Assembly (NCBI RefSeq): GCF_964355755.1
Contig: NC_092671.1
Span: forward strand, 7,006,001 to 7,070,000
Direction: 5' to 3'
Source: Antedon mediterranea
Lineage: Eukaryota; Animalia; Echinodermata
DNA length: 64,000 nucleotides
This document shows, one piece after another, positions 1 through 12,040 of the stretch; position 1 is the stretch's first letter; each line of letters starts with the position of its first letter. Below the pieces are notes generated by a model. It was not told the DNA's origin. It saw nothing but the letters and a program-made list of their open reading frames with translations, and made no database searches. The position numbers were made by a program, and so were the translations under genes.

Positions 1-211
1 AGTTTTATTTAGCGCTAAACAAAATTTTTTAATGACATTTTTCAATGTGTTACTTGCAATATTTTAATGTTAGCTTTTAAAGGTCATACATTTTTGTTCT
101 ATCAGTGGAAATAGATAGAATTAAGTTCTCTTAATTTGTTGGACAGTCTATATTGGACAATAATACATTGTTAAAACTACAGATATTCTGTTTTCTAAAT
201 CTTTTTAACAG

Positions 212-486
212 AACTAAAAACTGCATTTGATGAGAGAAGTTTCTTTCCAAAGTATATATTAGAGTATGAAGCAAAAATGAAATCTCACCACCGCAACGAT
301 CCGGAAGTCGCCCTCAATTTGCAAAAGAAAGACCTACCACGTCGCAAGTCTAGAGTGTGGAATTCTAACAATAACTTTTCAACATCAGTGGCTAACATAC
401 AAAAGCCTGCTACAAAATCTGGACGATTGACTCCAATTACAGAAAAACAAAAACAGTCCTCACGGTTGAATGAAAGTATGTCATAG
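212..486 (+). CDS. Terminal coding exon of an unidentified gene entering from the left of the window
   Basis: Polypyrimidine tract and acceptor (ttttaacag, ends 211), then open frame LKTAFDERSFFPKYILEYEAKMKSHH...NESMS* with TAG at 484-486. The motif FD..sffPkYilEYE loosely recalls the last strand of PARP-type catalytic domains, but it is too short to call. Confidence 0.55.
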
Positions 487-1001
487 TTTATCATTTTGCT
501 ACAGTACGTTCATTTGCGAAGTCATGACAGGGTCACCAATCATGAAAATTCTCATTGTCATCAACTAAGTCACAATTCTGATATTGTCTTCCAACTTTTT
601 GGTTCATTGTTTATATATTATTTATTTATTATCATGGGCAAGCATCCTGCAGAAGGAATTATCATAGGAGCATTTATCGTGCAGGGTTTCACATAATCAA
701 CTAACAAAGACAACCATGCTTTTTCAACTTCTACATTGCTAGTATTACCTCTTCATTGGAAGAATTAATTGCTTTTAATAACTTGATGCAGTAATGTGAC
801 TCTTGATTGATCATATCGACAAATATTACCAAGATCATCATACAAGCCCCAGACATAGGCCTACAAGCAAGTAGTAAGGTATGATTTATTATCTTTGAAT
901 GGGCGGCATCTTCTCAATGGAGAGATCGAATCTGGAGACTACAGAAACTAATAATTTGGCTACATTTTATACTAATCATATACATGCTTCATATTAAGAT
1001 T

Positions 1002-1130
1002 AACTCAGACAGCATCCTATGGCGAGGCCTGACGTGTCTTCTATTCATCTTGTTGTTTAAAGTACTCTCAACAACCTAACAACGATATTTCAAGACGACT
1101 CGGGCCTCGTTGTACACCGCTGTCTGAGTT
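1002..1130. mobile_element. Short MITE-like inverted-repeat element
   Basis: Terminal IR aactcagacagc / gctgtctgagtt plus inner IR cgaggcctga..gtctt / aagacgactcgggcctcg. Confidence 0.5.
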
Positions 1131-1989
1131 GGCATTAGTATACATGAAAAGATTTTCATATCCATCCAGTCCATTTGTATACACCTAATAAATCACTATG
1201 TTCTAGTTAGCATAAACCAACCATATCCCCAAATTCAAAACCCTCAAACCTAAATGTATTTCTAACTTATCTTCACAATTTTGACGTTTCAAGTTTTAAA
1301 AACAAGATGTGTTCAATTTGCTGGTACGTTATACTTTCAGGGCGAAACACTGTAGATGAACATATAAAGAAATTGCAGCCGTTATTTTACCATGGAAAGG
1401 TAACTGCCCCACGGCCATCCACAGGGTTTACTCTGAGCATTGAAGATATGATATATGAATTTTGAGTAAAATACTGTATAATAATTGAATAATCTATTAA
1501 TTTATAAGCTGAAAATTCCTTAAATACGATTTAAAAATTAAATTTAATATTTTCATAAAAAGAAAAATGACCTACCTATAGTAAGACTTGACAAATAAAC
1601 TACACTACATTTATAGTAAGCATAACTGAAAAAAAAGTTTCAAAATAGGTTAATCAGTATAAGATCATTGCAAAGCCTAGAAACTTTACAGTGTATAGAT
1701 CTTCCATGTACAGTAAATTATAGCTACTGACATATCTTTATTTGTATTAATTGATTGCATTTATATTTTAATTAATCTGATTACAGACTAGCATATCCTT
1801 TAATTTATATATTTGCATCACATTCCAATGGGCACTGTTTTTTTTTTTTTGGCCTTTTGTTTATAGTACATAAAAGTCAACCGTTTTGAAATGTATAGAT
1901 AGATAGAGTTATTTTACCTCTTATATTGTAAATAGCTTTGACAATTTTATTAAAATAATAACTATTCAATGAAATGATTATGATTATGT

Positions 1990-4045
1990 GCGTTTATATG
2001 ACCATATATTGCGTTATCATCATCTTATAGTACCATAGAAACCAGTTAAGGCGAAAAATAAAAGGATCGAAATTTGAAAAAATCCATGTACTATAGTACA
2101 GGGATATTTTTCGAAAAATGGCCAAAATATCATATTTTTTTTCAAATTAAATTTCTTATGCGGTAATATTGCTATATATGATCATATATTGTGTTATCAT
2201 CAACTTATAGTACCATAGAAACCAGTTATTGTGAAAAAAAGGGTCAAAATCTGGCTATTTTTTTAAAAATCCCTGAACGACTCAACTGACACATTTTTAA
2301 ACAATTACTTTGTTAGCTTTTTGGGCTATTTAGGGAATTATACACATTATGGTATATTCAAATATTCAAAATTTTAACTAGAAATATGAAATTTAAAAAT
2401 CAAAATACCACTAAATTACAAGTGTGTGTTTCTATTGTGACCAAAGACTAAACTCAACTACAAATGCCATGAAAGACTCACTCAATTGACATATTAACAC
2501 CTAGTCATAGGAAACCCATTCAAGTGCACAACAATGGTGTTAATTGCACATATAGAATTGTTTTTTAGTAACCATTTATTTCAAATGCTATAATACTATA
2601 CTATAATACAGGGATATACTATAGTACAGGGATTTTTTTTTAAAAATGGTCAATTTTCGACCTTTTTATTTTTCGATAAAACTGGTTACTATAGCACAAT
2701 TAACATGCGCAGAACCCATTATTCGCCTCTGCGCATGTTTATTATACCATAGTAACCATTTATGTCAAAAGTAATCATTTTTGACATAAATGGTTACTAT
2801 AGCATAATAAACATGCGCAGAGTCGAATAATGGGTTCTGCACCTGTCAATTGTGCTATAGTAACCATTTATGTCAAATATGGTTATGATAGCACAATTGA
2901 CATGCGCATAACCCATTATTCGTCTCTGCGCATGTTTATTATGCAATAGTAACCATTTATGTCAAAAAATAATAGGGTCAAAATTCGGCCATTTTTCGAA
3001 AATTTCGATAAAACTGGTTACTATACCGCAATTAACATGCGCAGAACCCATTAGTCGACTCTGCGCATGTTTATTATGCTATAGTAACCATTTATGTCAA
3101 AAGTGGTTATGATAGCACACTTGACATGCGCAGAACCCATTATTCGACTCTGCGCATCTTTATTATGCAATAGTAACCATTTATGTCAAAAAATAAAAGG
3201 GTCGAAAATCGGTCATTTTTTCGAAAATTTCCCTGTACTATAGTACAGGGATTTTTTCAAAGAAATGGCCAATTATATTTTATAGTAACCATTTATGTCA
3301 AATATGGTTGATAGCACAATTGACATGCGCATAATCCATTATTCGTCTCTGCGCATGTTTATTATGCTATAGTAACCATTTATGTCAAAAGTGGTTACTT
3401 TTGACATAAATGGTTACTATATAGCATAATAAACATGCGCAGAGGCGAATAATGGGTTCTGCGCATGTTAATTGTGCTATAGTAACCAGTTTTATAAAAA
3501 AATAAAGGATCGAAAATCGGCCATTTTTCAAAAATTTCCCTGGGATTTTTTTAAAAAATGGCCAGAATATCCCTGAAGTTTTTTAATTCAATGCTTCAAT
3601 TGCTATATATGCTCATATATTGGGTTATCATCATCTTACAGTACCATAGAAACCAGTTATGGCGAAAAATGAAAGGGTCAAAATTTGGCTACATGTGCAG
3701 GGATTTTTTTGAAAATGGCAAAATATCAAGTTTTTTAAATTCAATTATTATGCGATAATATTGTTATATATGATCATATATTGTGTTATCATCTTCTTAT
3801 AGTACCAATTTTCTGTAAATATCCCTGTGATACAGGTTTTTTTTCTACCCTTTTGGGCATTCTCCGTAAAAAAAAACCCTTTACTATAATAGTACAGTCA
3901 AAATTTGGCCCCCTTTTTTTTAAATTGCCAAAATATTGACTCTTTGAAATTCAATTATTATGCCATAATATTGCTATATATGCGCCGCGCACATATTGCG
4001 TTATATCATCTATATAGTTCCCAGTTATGTCGAAAAAAGGGTCTG
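1990..4045. repeat. Modular foldback-like repeat array (hairpin units plus flanking ~180 bp-type units)
   Basis: Seven ~78-88 bp self-complementary units (ggttactatagca..acatgcgcaga-loop-tctgcgcatgt..tgctatagtaacc) between 2680 and 3490 in both orientations; long IR arms ~2635-2870 and ~3300-3535; five copies of a tatatgatcatatattgtgttatcatc..tagtaccatagaaaccagtta unit near 1995, 2172, 3601, 3762 and 3972. Confidence 0.9.
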
Positions 4046-4072
4046 TACTACACAGTAAAATCTTATCTTTAA

Positions 4073-4439
4073 AGGATCATTTACACTAGGAAATTAACGA
4101 TCAACGATAAATAGACACATTTGCATTTTTAATACATAAACCAAAAGAAATATAACAACTTTTCATTCTATAGAATAACCATCTATGTTTCCTTTGTCCA
4201 ATCAAATGCCGCCATGATTAGTAGGAGAAAAAATATCGTTAAAATACAGCGATTTTATTGTTTTTATTTATCATGACGTCAATTTAATTTTGAAAATATT
4301 ATTTTTACCAAAAACAGCATATTAACAAATGATTATCCTATAGTTATAGAACGAAAACCTTTCTAATCTAATTGTTTCATGTAAAAAAAATGCATGCTTA
4401 TATATTTATCATCGATCGATATCATCCTAGTGTAGGCCT
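4073..4439. mobile_element. Non-autonomous DNA transposon, Kolobok-like
   Basis: TTAA at both flanks (4069-4072, 4440-4443), termini AGG...CCT, degenerate TIR tacactagga..gataaata / tatttatc..tcctagtgta. TTAA TSD with RR..YY termini is the Kolobok signature. Confidence 0.6.
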
Positions 4440-5100
4440 TTAACATAAATGTGTGTTTGCAATGCATTGATTATCAAGTGTCAACAATCAAATAACAAAT
4501 AACAAACTTATTTATTGTAAAATATTATTGTATTTTAGTGATGATACATTTAACGCTTAAAGCACACTACTGTATCGTTCACAGAATAAAGTTTAAGTTT
4601 TATAATTGGTATTAAAAGTCTTTTTCTAGAAGCATACCTTAAATAATATCTAGATATGTTGGTATTTCTGTCCACTTTTTCAACTATCTAACTGTCTTCT
4701 TTGAATTTTATTCTTTAGCATTTAAGTTCTGCTGGTGTTCTGGAACTCTCATTGGAAAAGGAGGTAGCAATCGAGTTCTTTAATTCAACGACTGTTTCTA
4801 TATTATGGGCACCACTTTAGCTAATGAATATTCATGACGTTTCCACTATGTTATAGAGGCAATACATATACATATTGCAGGCAGGTAGACCTCTTGATCA
4901 ATTCTCCATTTTTTTTTTTAATTCAGAAGGTATTTAGAAGTTTAGGGTCATACTTGATACACAAAATCATTATAAAGTTTTATCGCATGAATATTTATTA
5001 CTGCAGACTTTAATCACACCAAGCTTCCTTCAACAGCACTTAGGCCTAGTGCAATATACATGATTCTGAAGAGTAGTAACAACCTACACCAACAGGCTTC

Positions 5101-8100
5101 TCAATCACTTTCTTCATCATCGCTGAATGCTAATGCTTTTAACTTTTTCTTTTGTCCATCATCTGTCTTGGCTTTTCTTTTTTTAGAAGTACTATCGTCA
5201 CTCTGAAAGAAAACAAAAACAATGATATAATTTAATAAACTTAGCCACTTGAATAAATATGACAACAAATTGTATTTTATTGCTTTCCACAGCTGGAGTG
5301 GCTAGCATAGGACTCCAGACTTATTCTAAATATGTCATTTACTCTTCCAATGGCCCCATCTAATTATCAAATTAAGGGTGACCTATCTGCGACCCGATTG
5401 TTACACAAAAATCGCCATTGTAATCATCATATAAAACGTGACCAGCTTGAATGGCATGTGAATCGGTTGTACCAATTTTGGGTTAGATCTATAATAACAT
5501 AGATGTTTAGAATGCAAAATAAAAACATAAATAAACCTCATCTTCAGGTTCACTGTCTAATGTTTTCGCCTTCATCAACCTCTCTTCCTTCTCTGAATCT
5601 TCATCACTGTCAGATGAATATGCTGTCACTGAAATAATTATAATTTTGTTTAATAAATTTCACCTTGCTAATCAACCCAATTGTTTGATGTAAATACAGT
5701 AGTAGTACATTTCTTTGGGAAATCCTTTTTCAGGGGACACCTCTATCAGATGGACACACAGTGAATTAAATTGAATAAGGACTATGTTTTAACATTACAA
5801 CAAAACATAAGTATCCCAAAGTTGTCCCCTTAAGCTTGGTTCCCACTAGAACGTAACGCAAGGATGTAAACGCAATGCAAGCGTTTTAACCAATGACAAG
5901 CGAAGTTATAGACAGTTGGCAATCACAAGCGAATAAGCCATCGATTGTGGTTGGTCAATTCACTAGTGGGAACCACGCTATAATAGGGGTTCTACTGTAT
6001 ACTGGCATACAATTTTATAATGAAGATTTTTAGAGATTATTTGTCTTAATTTATTGTTTGTTGTATCTCATTCCATCATTATTGTATTCTTGAACTGCGA
6101 CCTTGTGAATTTCCTGTAAAGGATGTTATAAAGTTTATCTGTATATACTTGGTGTTTACTTTAATCAAAACTTTTTGTTGGAAAATTAAAGATATATAAG
6201 ACAATATGCTTACCAAATGATCCCGGCTGTTTAAATCTGTTTTTAATTGCCGAGATACTAATTCCCTCTTCTTCATCATCTCTACCTTCTAGATACGAAT
6301 GTGTTATGGTTCGTTGATGAGTTTTTTCTCGAGATCTCTTCTGTTGGCTTTCTCTTTTGATCTGCGCTCTTATACGCTCCTCTTCTTTCTGTGTATTAAT
6401 TCACCATTACATAGATACGATATAAAATAGTAATTTTTTTTTGTATTGTGATGGTTTTTAATTTTAGAAAGTATGGAATTTCAATTACTAACCTTGTGAT
6501 ACTTTATGAAGTACATGTCACATTACCTTCACCTCAGTGAAAGCTATGGCAAGTTAAGACTTGTCTACACCATCATACATTATGTGACAAAAAAATGTGA
6601 TGTACCCATATATGGACATGATGATGTCATGTCACTACCATATTTAGGCATGTCACTACCATATTTAGGCATGTCACTACCATATTTGGCTACATCACAG
6701 TTTTTTTGTCAAACTAGTTTGATAGTGTAGACAGAGCTTTAGACCACTTACAGGTGATGTGACAGTACATGTTTAAGTCTAGTGGCCAAGCGATTAAGAC
6801 AGACCCAGTTCTTGTGGTTAGTCTACACATCTTGTGTGTACTTACAAGAACCCTTTCAAAGAGAGTAGGGATTACCATGGTGTTTTAATTCATCTCAGTC
6901 TTTACCAGTTCTATCATTTTGTTATGGAAAACACAAGAGAGGCCCTATTTCCCAATGGGATGAAAATGCATTACACCCTGAGCCTAAATTAAGTTGTGTA
7001 TGACTTTATCACATTTATCATACGTTCAGTAAATGCACTTGCTTTGTATTAAGATTAAATAAATCATTAGTTTCACCTTAATCATTTCTGCTCGGTGCGA
7101 TTCTGGATCTTGGCCTACCATTGGCAGAACACGAATCTTTTGTGTTTTGGAACATCGATCGGCCACCGATAATGTCATTTTACGATGAGTGGCACTGTTG
7201 ATTGAATGTGGCCTAAAAATAGAGGAAAACAAAATTTGAATGTATAGTGTGCATTAAATAAAGGACATATTAAGAAAATCAAGAGAAAAACATAGTATGT
7301 ATAAATTTATATAATCCAATATACTACTAAACAACCATGTAAACACAATCAAATGCCTGTGTACATTACAGCAGATGAAGAAAATGCCATTTATTCATGA
7401 ATTCATAAGAAACTAAGCTAAGAACTTCCAAAGACTAAAAATATGCATTATTGTATACCTTACCTGAAGGAAAGTTTTGTTTTAAAGACTGCTTGTCCCT
7501 GAAGACCAGTTCCTTGACGGATAAATAGATGGTTATGATCACCCTGGATGGCACTCCTGTAGACATCAAAGACCTCTTTCCCAAGATGAAGAGACATACT
7601 GCAAAAAACCATACACATAATATAATCATTCATTGCATGTTATGATAGATTGAAATATGGTTTATTTATATTACACAATACAATACAAAATGTCAAAACA
7701 AGAGGGTATCAATAGAGGGCGATCTTCCAGTTATAGCTTTTGTGTCAGTCTTATTAAATCCATTGAGTTAAATGTTCATTCTTGTATTAATATAATTACC
7801 TTCCATCTGACCAACGAACAATCCTAGCATTGCTTTCTCTGTCTATTTCTATACCCTCCTCATCAAATATTTTTCTCCACCTTATTGTGTTTTCAACCTG
7901 ACAAAAGAACAACAAGAAATAAATATGATACATAAACAAAAACATGATATATAAACACAAATATGGTAAGCAAAAAATCATAATTAACTACATTGTTTTT
8001 TATGGAATCTTTCAAATATTCCCATTATATAAGAAATGGTTCTGCTAAAATAATTGAGTTTTAGGGTAAATACATTTCATGTTACCTTTAATTTTAACCT

Positions 8101-11100
8101 TGTTCTACCTTCTTCGTCTAGAATTTCATCTTCTTCAAATTCATCTTCAAATGTAGTGGGGTCAAAGGGCCTACAGTATAAACAAAAAGAAAGAGCATTT
8201 TTTTAAATTTTTCACATCTTAGTTAAATGTAAAGAGCAGTTTCCAATTTCAAACAATCAAAAGTTTTACATTAAATATTTGTAAATAAAAAAAAAAGTGT
8301 TTTTCTAACCTTGTATCAACACTAAGAAAGTTAGGTAATTTAACAAAATGTAGTTCCTCTCCTAGATCAGTTGATAGCTTTGGTAAATCAACGTCAATTC
8401 GAGTATCCACAACTTCCTCTTGCTCTTCATCCTGCTGCCCATCCTCCCTGTCAACCTTCACAATCAAAATATTACATAATAATCATTCATGTTGTTTACA
8501 TTTATTTATTCACCATATTCATTATATATAAACTGGTTTTTATTATAGTTGATATGTACTAATATGTTCTCCAGTCAAAATATAATGATACTCAAATGTA
8601 TAAGCAGAGCTTGCAATTACAAAATTATTGGTGCTACTAGGATCAGTGATCTGATTTTTATTTTACATTTTATTTATTTCTTATGAATTTTAACTTTTTT
8701 ATTTTATAATGTTACGGTTTCATTCTTCTGGATATTTGTGGAATTGTTGGTCATTCTTGGATAATAAATATACCTGAAACATGAAACATCTCAACGGGCC
8801 AGTAACAAACTGATTTACTGGCCCAAATTTAATTTTTCTAGCCATCCTTCAATAGTTTTTAAATGATAACATTCTCCGAGAAAAATTGACTGGCCAGCAA
8901 GAACCAAGTTCCAAGACGTGGGTTTTACGGGACATAGGCCATCGGATCTGTATTCAACCAAACACTGTATCAAACAAATAATAAAACAATGTTTACAACT
9001 GAGAGGTACTATATACAAGAAATTTGAGTTGTTGACCTTGTCTACACTATCAAACATTATGTGACAAAAAATGTGATGTGCTTATATATAGACATGATGA
9101 TGTTATACAGTATCACTACCATATTTGGGCATATCACTACCATATTTGGGCACATCACACTTTTTTTGTCAAACTAGTTTGATAGTGTAAACAGAGCTTT
9201 AGACAAACCTCCATCTGTTCTTCTCCATCTTGAGCATCGCCACCAGCAAGTTCAGCTGCAATAGCATCTAGATCTTCATCATCATCTGATATGTCATCTG
9301 CATCACCAAATAAACCTTCTTGCGTAGCTTGCCCTAAATCAAAATAAATATTTTCCTTTCATTCTATTCTTTTTATATTAACACTATTCCAACAGATAAC
9401 TTAACAATTACAGGATGGTATACTTTCTTAAGGAAGTCTCATGTGTAAAAAAGCTATGCTGTATTGGTGGTCTGAAAAATCTTTGATTTGGACCCTATGA
9501 TTTAGTAATCAATCACTTTCTACACTATCAAACTAGTTTGACAAAAAAAGGGTGATGTGACCAAATATGGTTGTGATATACCCAAATATGGTAGTGATAT
9601 GACATCATCACATTATTTTGTCACATAAAGTTTGATAGTGTAGAAAGAGCTTAAGCCATAGCCAGTATTTTTTTTATGATATTCTGGTATATTTCCTCAG
9701 TTTCCAGTAACAATAACCTGAGAGGATGATTATTAATACATCTACATTATCTTCTATTACAGTACTGTACTTATACAACCTTACCTAGACCTTCTTCTTC
9801 ATTATCTGATTCTTTTTCGATATCACCCCCATCGTCATCATTCATTTTGGTTTTTCGTTTTGGTTTACGTCCAATTTCATCTTCACTATCACTATCCTCT
9901 ATTTAAAAAATAATATTTGTTTTATTAAAAGCAATTAAAAAGAATTAAATGTCATTAGTGGTGGCGTTTAAATTTTTGATCAAGTAAATACTTTAACTGA
10001 ATGATATACAGTATATATTTAAATATTTTTGTCAGTGCATGTTACAGTAGACAAGTACTTGTACTTGTTTTAACTCTTAACATAATTATAAAGCAGGTAC
10101 AGATAGTGATGGTGCCATGTTTTACCTGAGCCTTGTTCTTGTCTGACTTGTACATCTTCTTCTTTTTCTGCATCTGAGCCAACATTGTCTTCAGCTCCTG
10201 ATTCCACTTGTTCAGCTACCTCTGAACTTGCATGTTCTTCTTCGACATCAGAACCAATCTGCAGTTCTCCTTCGTGATCCTCAATATCTTCCCCTTCAGG
10301 TGGTCCTTCTGCATTCGAGTCAACCTCTTCTGCTCCAGATCCAGCAGCAACCTCTTCTTCTCCAGATTCAGCAGCAACTTCTTCTGCTCCCGATTCAGCA
10401 GCAACTTCTTCTGCTCCAGATTCAGCAGCAACTTCTTCCGCTCCAGATCCAGCAACATCTTCTGCTCCAGATCCAGCTTCTTCTGCTTCAGATGTTGCAT
10501 CTTCACCAGCTGATGCTACAGCTTCTTCTTCTTGCTCCTCTTCTTCACCAGAACCAACTTGTTGTTCTTCATCTTCTTCAGCCAATCCTTCCCTCTCTTC
10601 TATTTCTTCACCACCTGAGCCTGCATGTTCTTCTTCTTCTGCACCTGATTCCATGACATCACCCGTTTCTTGTGCTTCATTTTCAGAATCTACCTGTTCT
10701 GCTTCAGATACCAATTCTTCTTCTCCAGAACCCCTCTCCTGCTCTTCAACTTCCTCCTCAATTTCTTCGCCATCTGAATGGTCTTGTTGAGCTTCATCTT
10801 CTGATTCATGCTCTTCATGTTCTTCTTCTGCATCAACCTCTTGTTCAATCTCATCCCCATCAGCTTCTTGTTCTACTTCTTCGTGTTCGACATCTCCTTC
10901 GTCTGGTGATTCCTCACCATGTTCAGAACTGTTGGCGTTTGACTGGACCTCTTGTTCCTCTCCATCTGATTCAACTGCTCTTTCACTTCCAGAATCATCT
11001 TGCTCTTCAGCTTGCTCTCCACCAGACTCTTCATTTACAGAATTAGCTTTAGAAATTAAAAGTAAAATTGATAATTAATCAATTTAATTCATGATACAGT

Positions 11101-11433
11101 GTAGAATTATATCACTGTTTTTCACTTTCACAACATACAGTACTGTACCATTATTTTTATAGTTTATTTCTTAAAATGTGCATACATACAAACACAACCA
11201 TTTTAACAAATTACTTTTATATTATATTTTGTAAAATTAATATAGTATTATTATATATTAATATTATTATTAAACTTTATAATTATATTAAACATGTTAT
11301 ATTCTAAAGTTTAAAAGATGCTACTGTAAGCTAGTCGGTTACCTGGTTAAAGGGCCAAGCAGGCCCTATCTACAGCCACAGGTCTATCTTAAATACTCTA
11401 CTCACTAGCTAGGCCTAGTATAGGCTATAGGGC

Positions 11434-11466
<33 letters not shown>

Positions 11467-11645
11467 GCCTAGGCCTAGAATATCATCATCATCAGCTTAT
11501 TGAGCCTAGCTAGGCCTACCTATGAATTACATACATAACCTTATTATTTATAGGCAATATTCGAAATAAAATAATAACATAATATACTAAAATAAACGTG
11601 CTTACCTTCGTTACTATCATCACTGTAATTTGCTTCATCTGCCAT
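5101..11645 (-). CDS. LEO1: RNA polymerase-associated protein LEO1 (PAF1 complex), ~722 aa, 12 exons
   Basis: Exons 11645-11606, 11046-10126, 9898-9785, 9333-9209, 8455-8310, 8170-8086, 7897-7800, 7598-7464, 7212-7077, 6388-6214, 5628-5537, 5202-5101; all GT-AG, 2169 nt. Leo1 domain: [92 protein letters not shown]. Long acidic N-terminus. Confidence 0.97.
5698..5998. mobile_element. Tc1/mariner-type MITE with a nested Harbinger-type MITE (5833-5979)
   Basis: Outer: ta|cagtag...gttctactg|ta. Inner TIR agcttggttcccactag / ctagtgggaaccacgct interrupts the outer 3' end (gtcccct..taataggggttctactg). A degenerate relative of the outer family lies at ~13260-13368. Confidence 0.55.
6555..6741. mobile_element. 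MITE family H1 (PIF/Harbinger-like), copy 1
   Basis: TIR (agctc)tgtctacactatcaaact / agtttgatagtgtagacagagct; internal 21-bp tandem unit catgtcactaccatatttagg x3; TWA flanks. Confidence 0.85.
9038..9201. mobile_element. MITE family H1, copy 2
   Basis: Same TIR and internal tcactaccatatttgggca repeats. Confidence 0.85.
9517..9654. mobile_element. MITE family H1, copy 3 (opposite orientation)
   Basis: tctacactatcaaactagtttgac...aagtttgatagtgtagaaagagct. Confidence 0.85.
10325..10480 (-). repeat. Coding minisatellite in LEO1 exon 2 (27 bp, SGAEEVAAE-type)
   Basis: About six imperfect tandem copies of tctgctccagattcagcagcaacttct, encoding SGAEDVAG / SGAEEVAAE repeats. Confidence 0.9.
11435..11466. 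repeat. (TAG)n microsatellite in LEO1 intron 1
   Basis: About 10 tandem agt units flanked by aggccta/gcta motifs. Confidence 0.9.
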
Positions 11646-12040
11646 TTTAATGCAATAAATAAATAAATGCTTTCTCTCTCCTCTCCTCTGATCCCCTGTT
11701 TGTTGTTTTATTAATATTAGTTTCAAGTTAGTAGAAGGGGAAACAGATTTTATTAGGACTAGAAACTTTGCAAATAAAAGTAATTGTTTGGTAAATGAAA
11801 TTTCTAAGAAATGACTATCATTATTTAGAAATATTTTAAACTTGTTTTATTGTTCATTTTACCTTTATTTATATTATTTTTAAAAAGGGTTTATTATTTT
11901 TACCCCCATGCTAATAGTGGTAGGTTCAAAACGCCCCCATCGGTAGTACACGTGTGTATAACACGAGTGTCAAAGGTCATTTAGAAAATAACACAGTTTT
12001 CGTTTCTGGACATTTTGTGTATGAACAAAGACTGTTTATT
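11646..12040. promoter_or_regulatory. Bidirectional promoter region between LEO1 and SEC11
   Basis: Divergent start codons 395 bp apart; CACGTG at 11948-11953. TSS positions cannot be seen directly. Confidence 0.7.

Noticed and set aside
2680-3490. CRISPR-like array of palindromic repeats
   Set aside because: Eukaryotic context, no unique spacers (loops are conserved), units in both orientations, no cas genes.
10216-11046. Q/L-rich and F/S-rich ORFs of 93-142 aa
   Set aside because: Antisense or alternate-frame shadows of the repetitive LEO1 exon 2.
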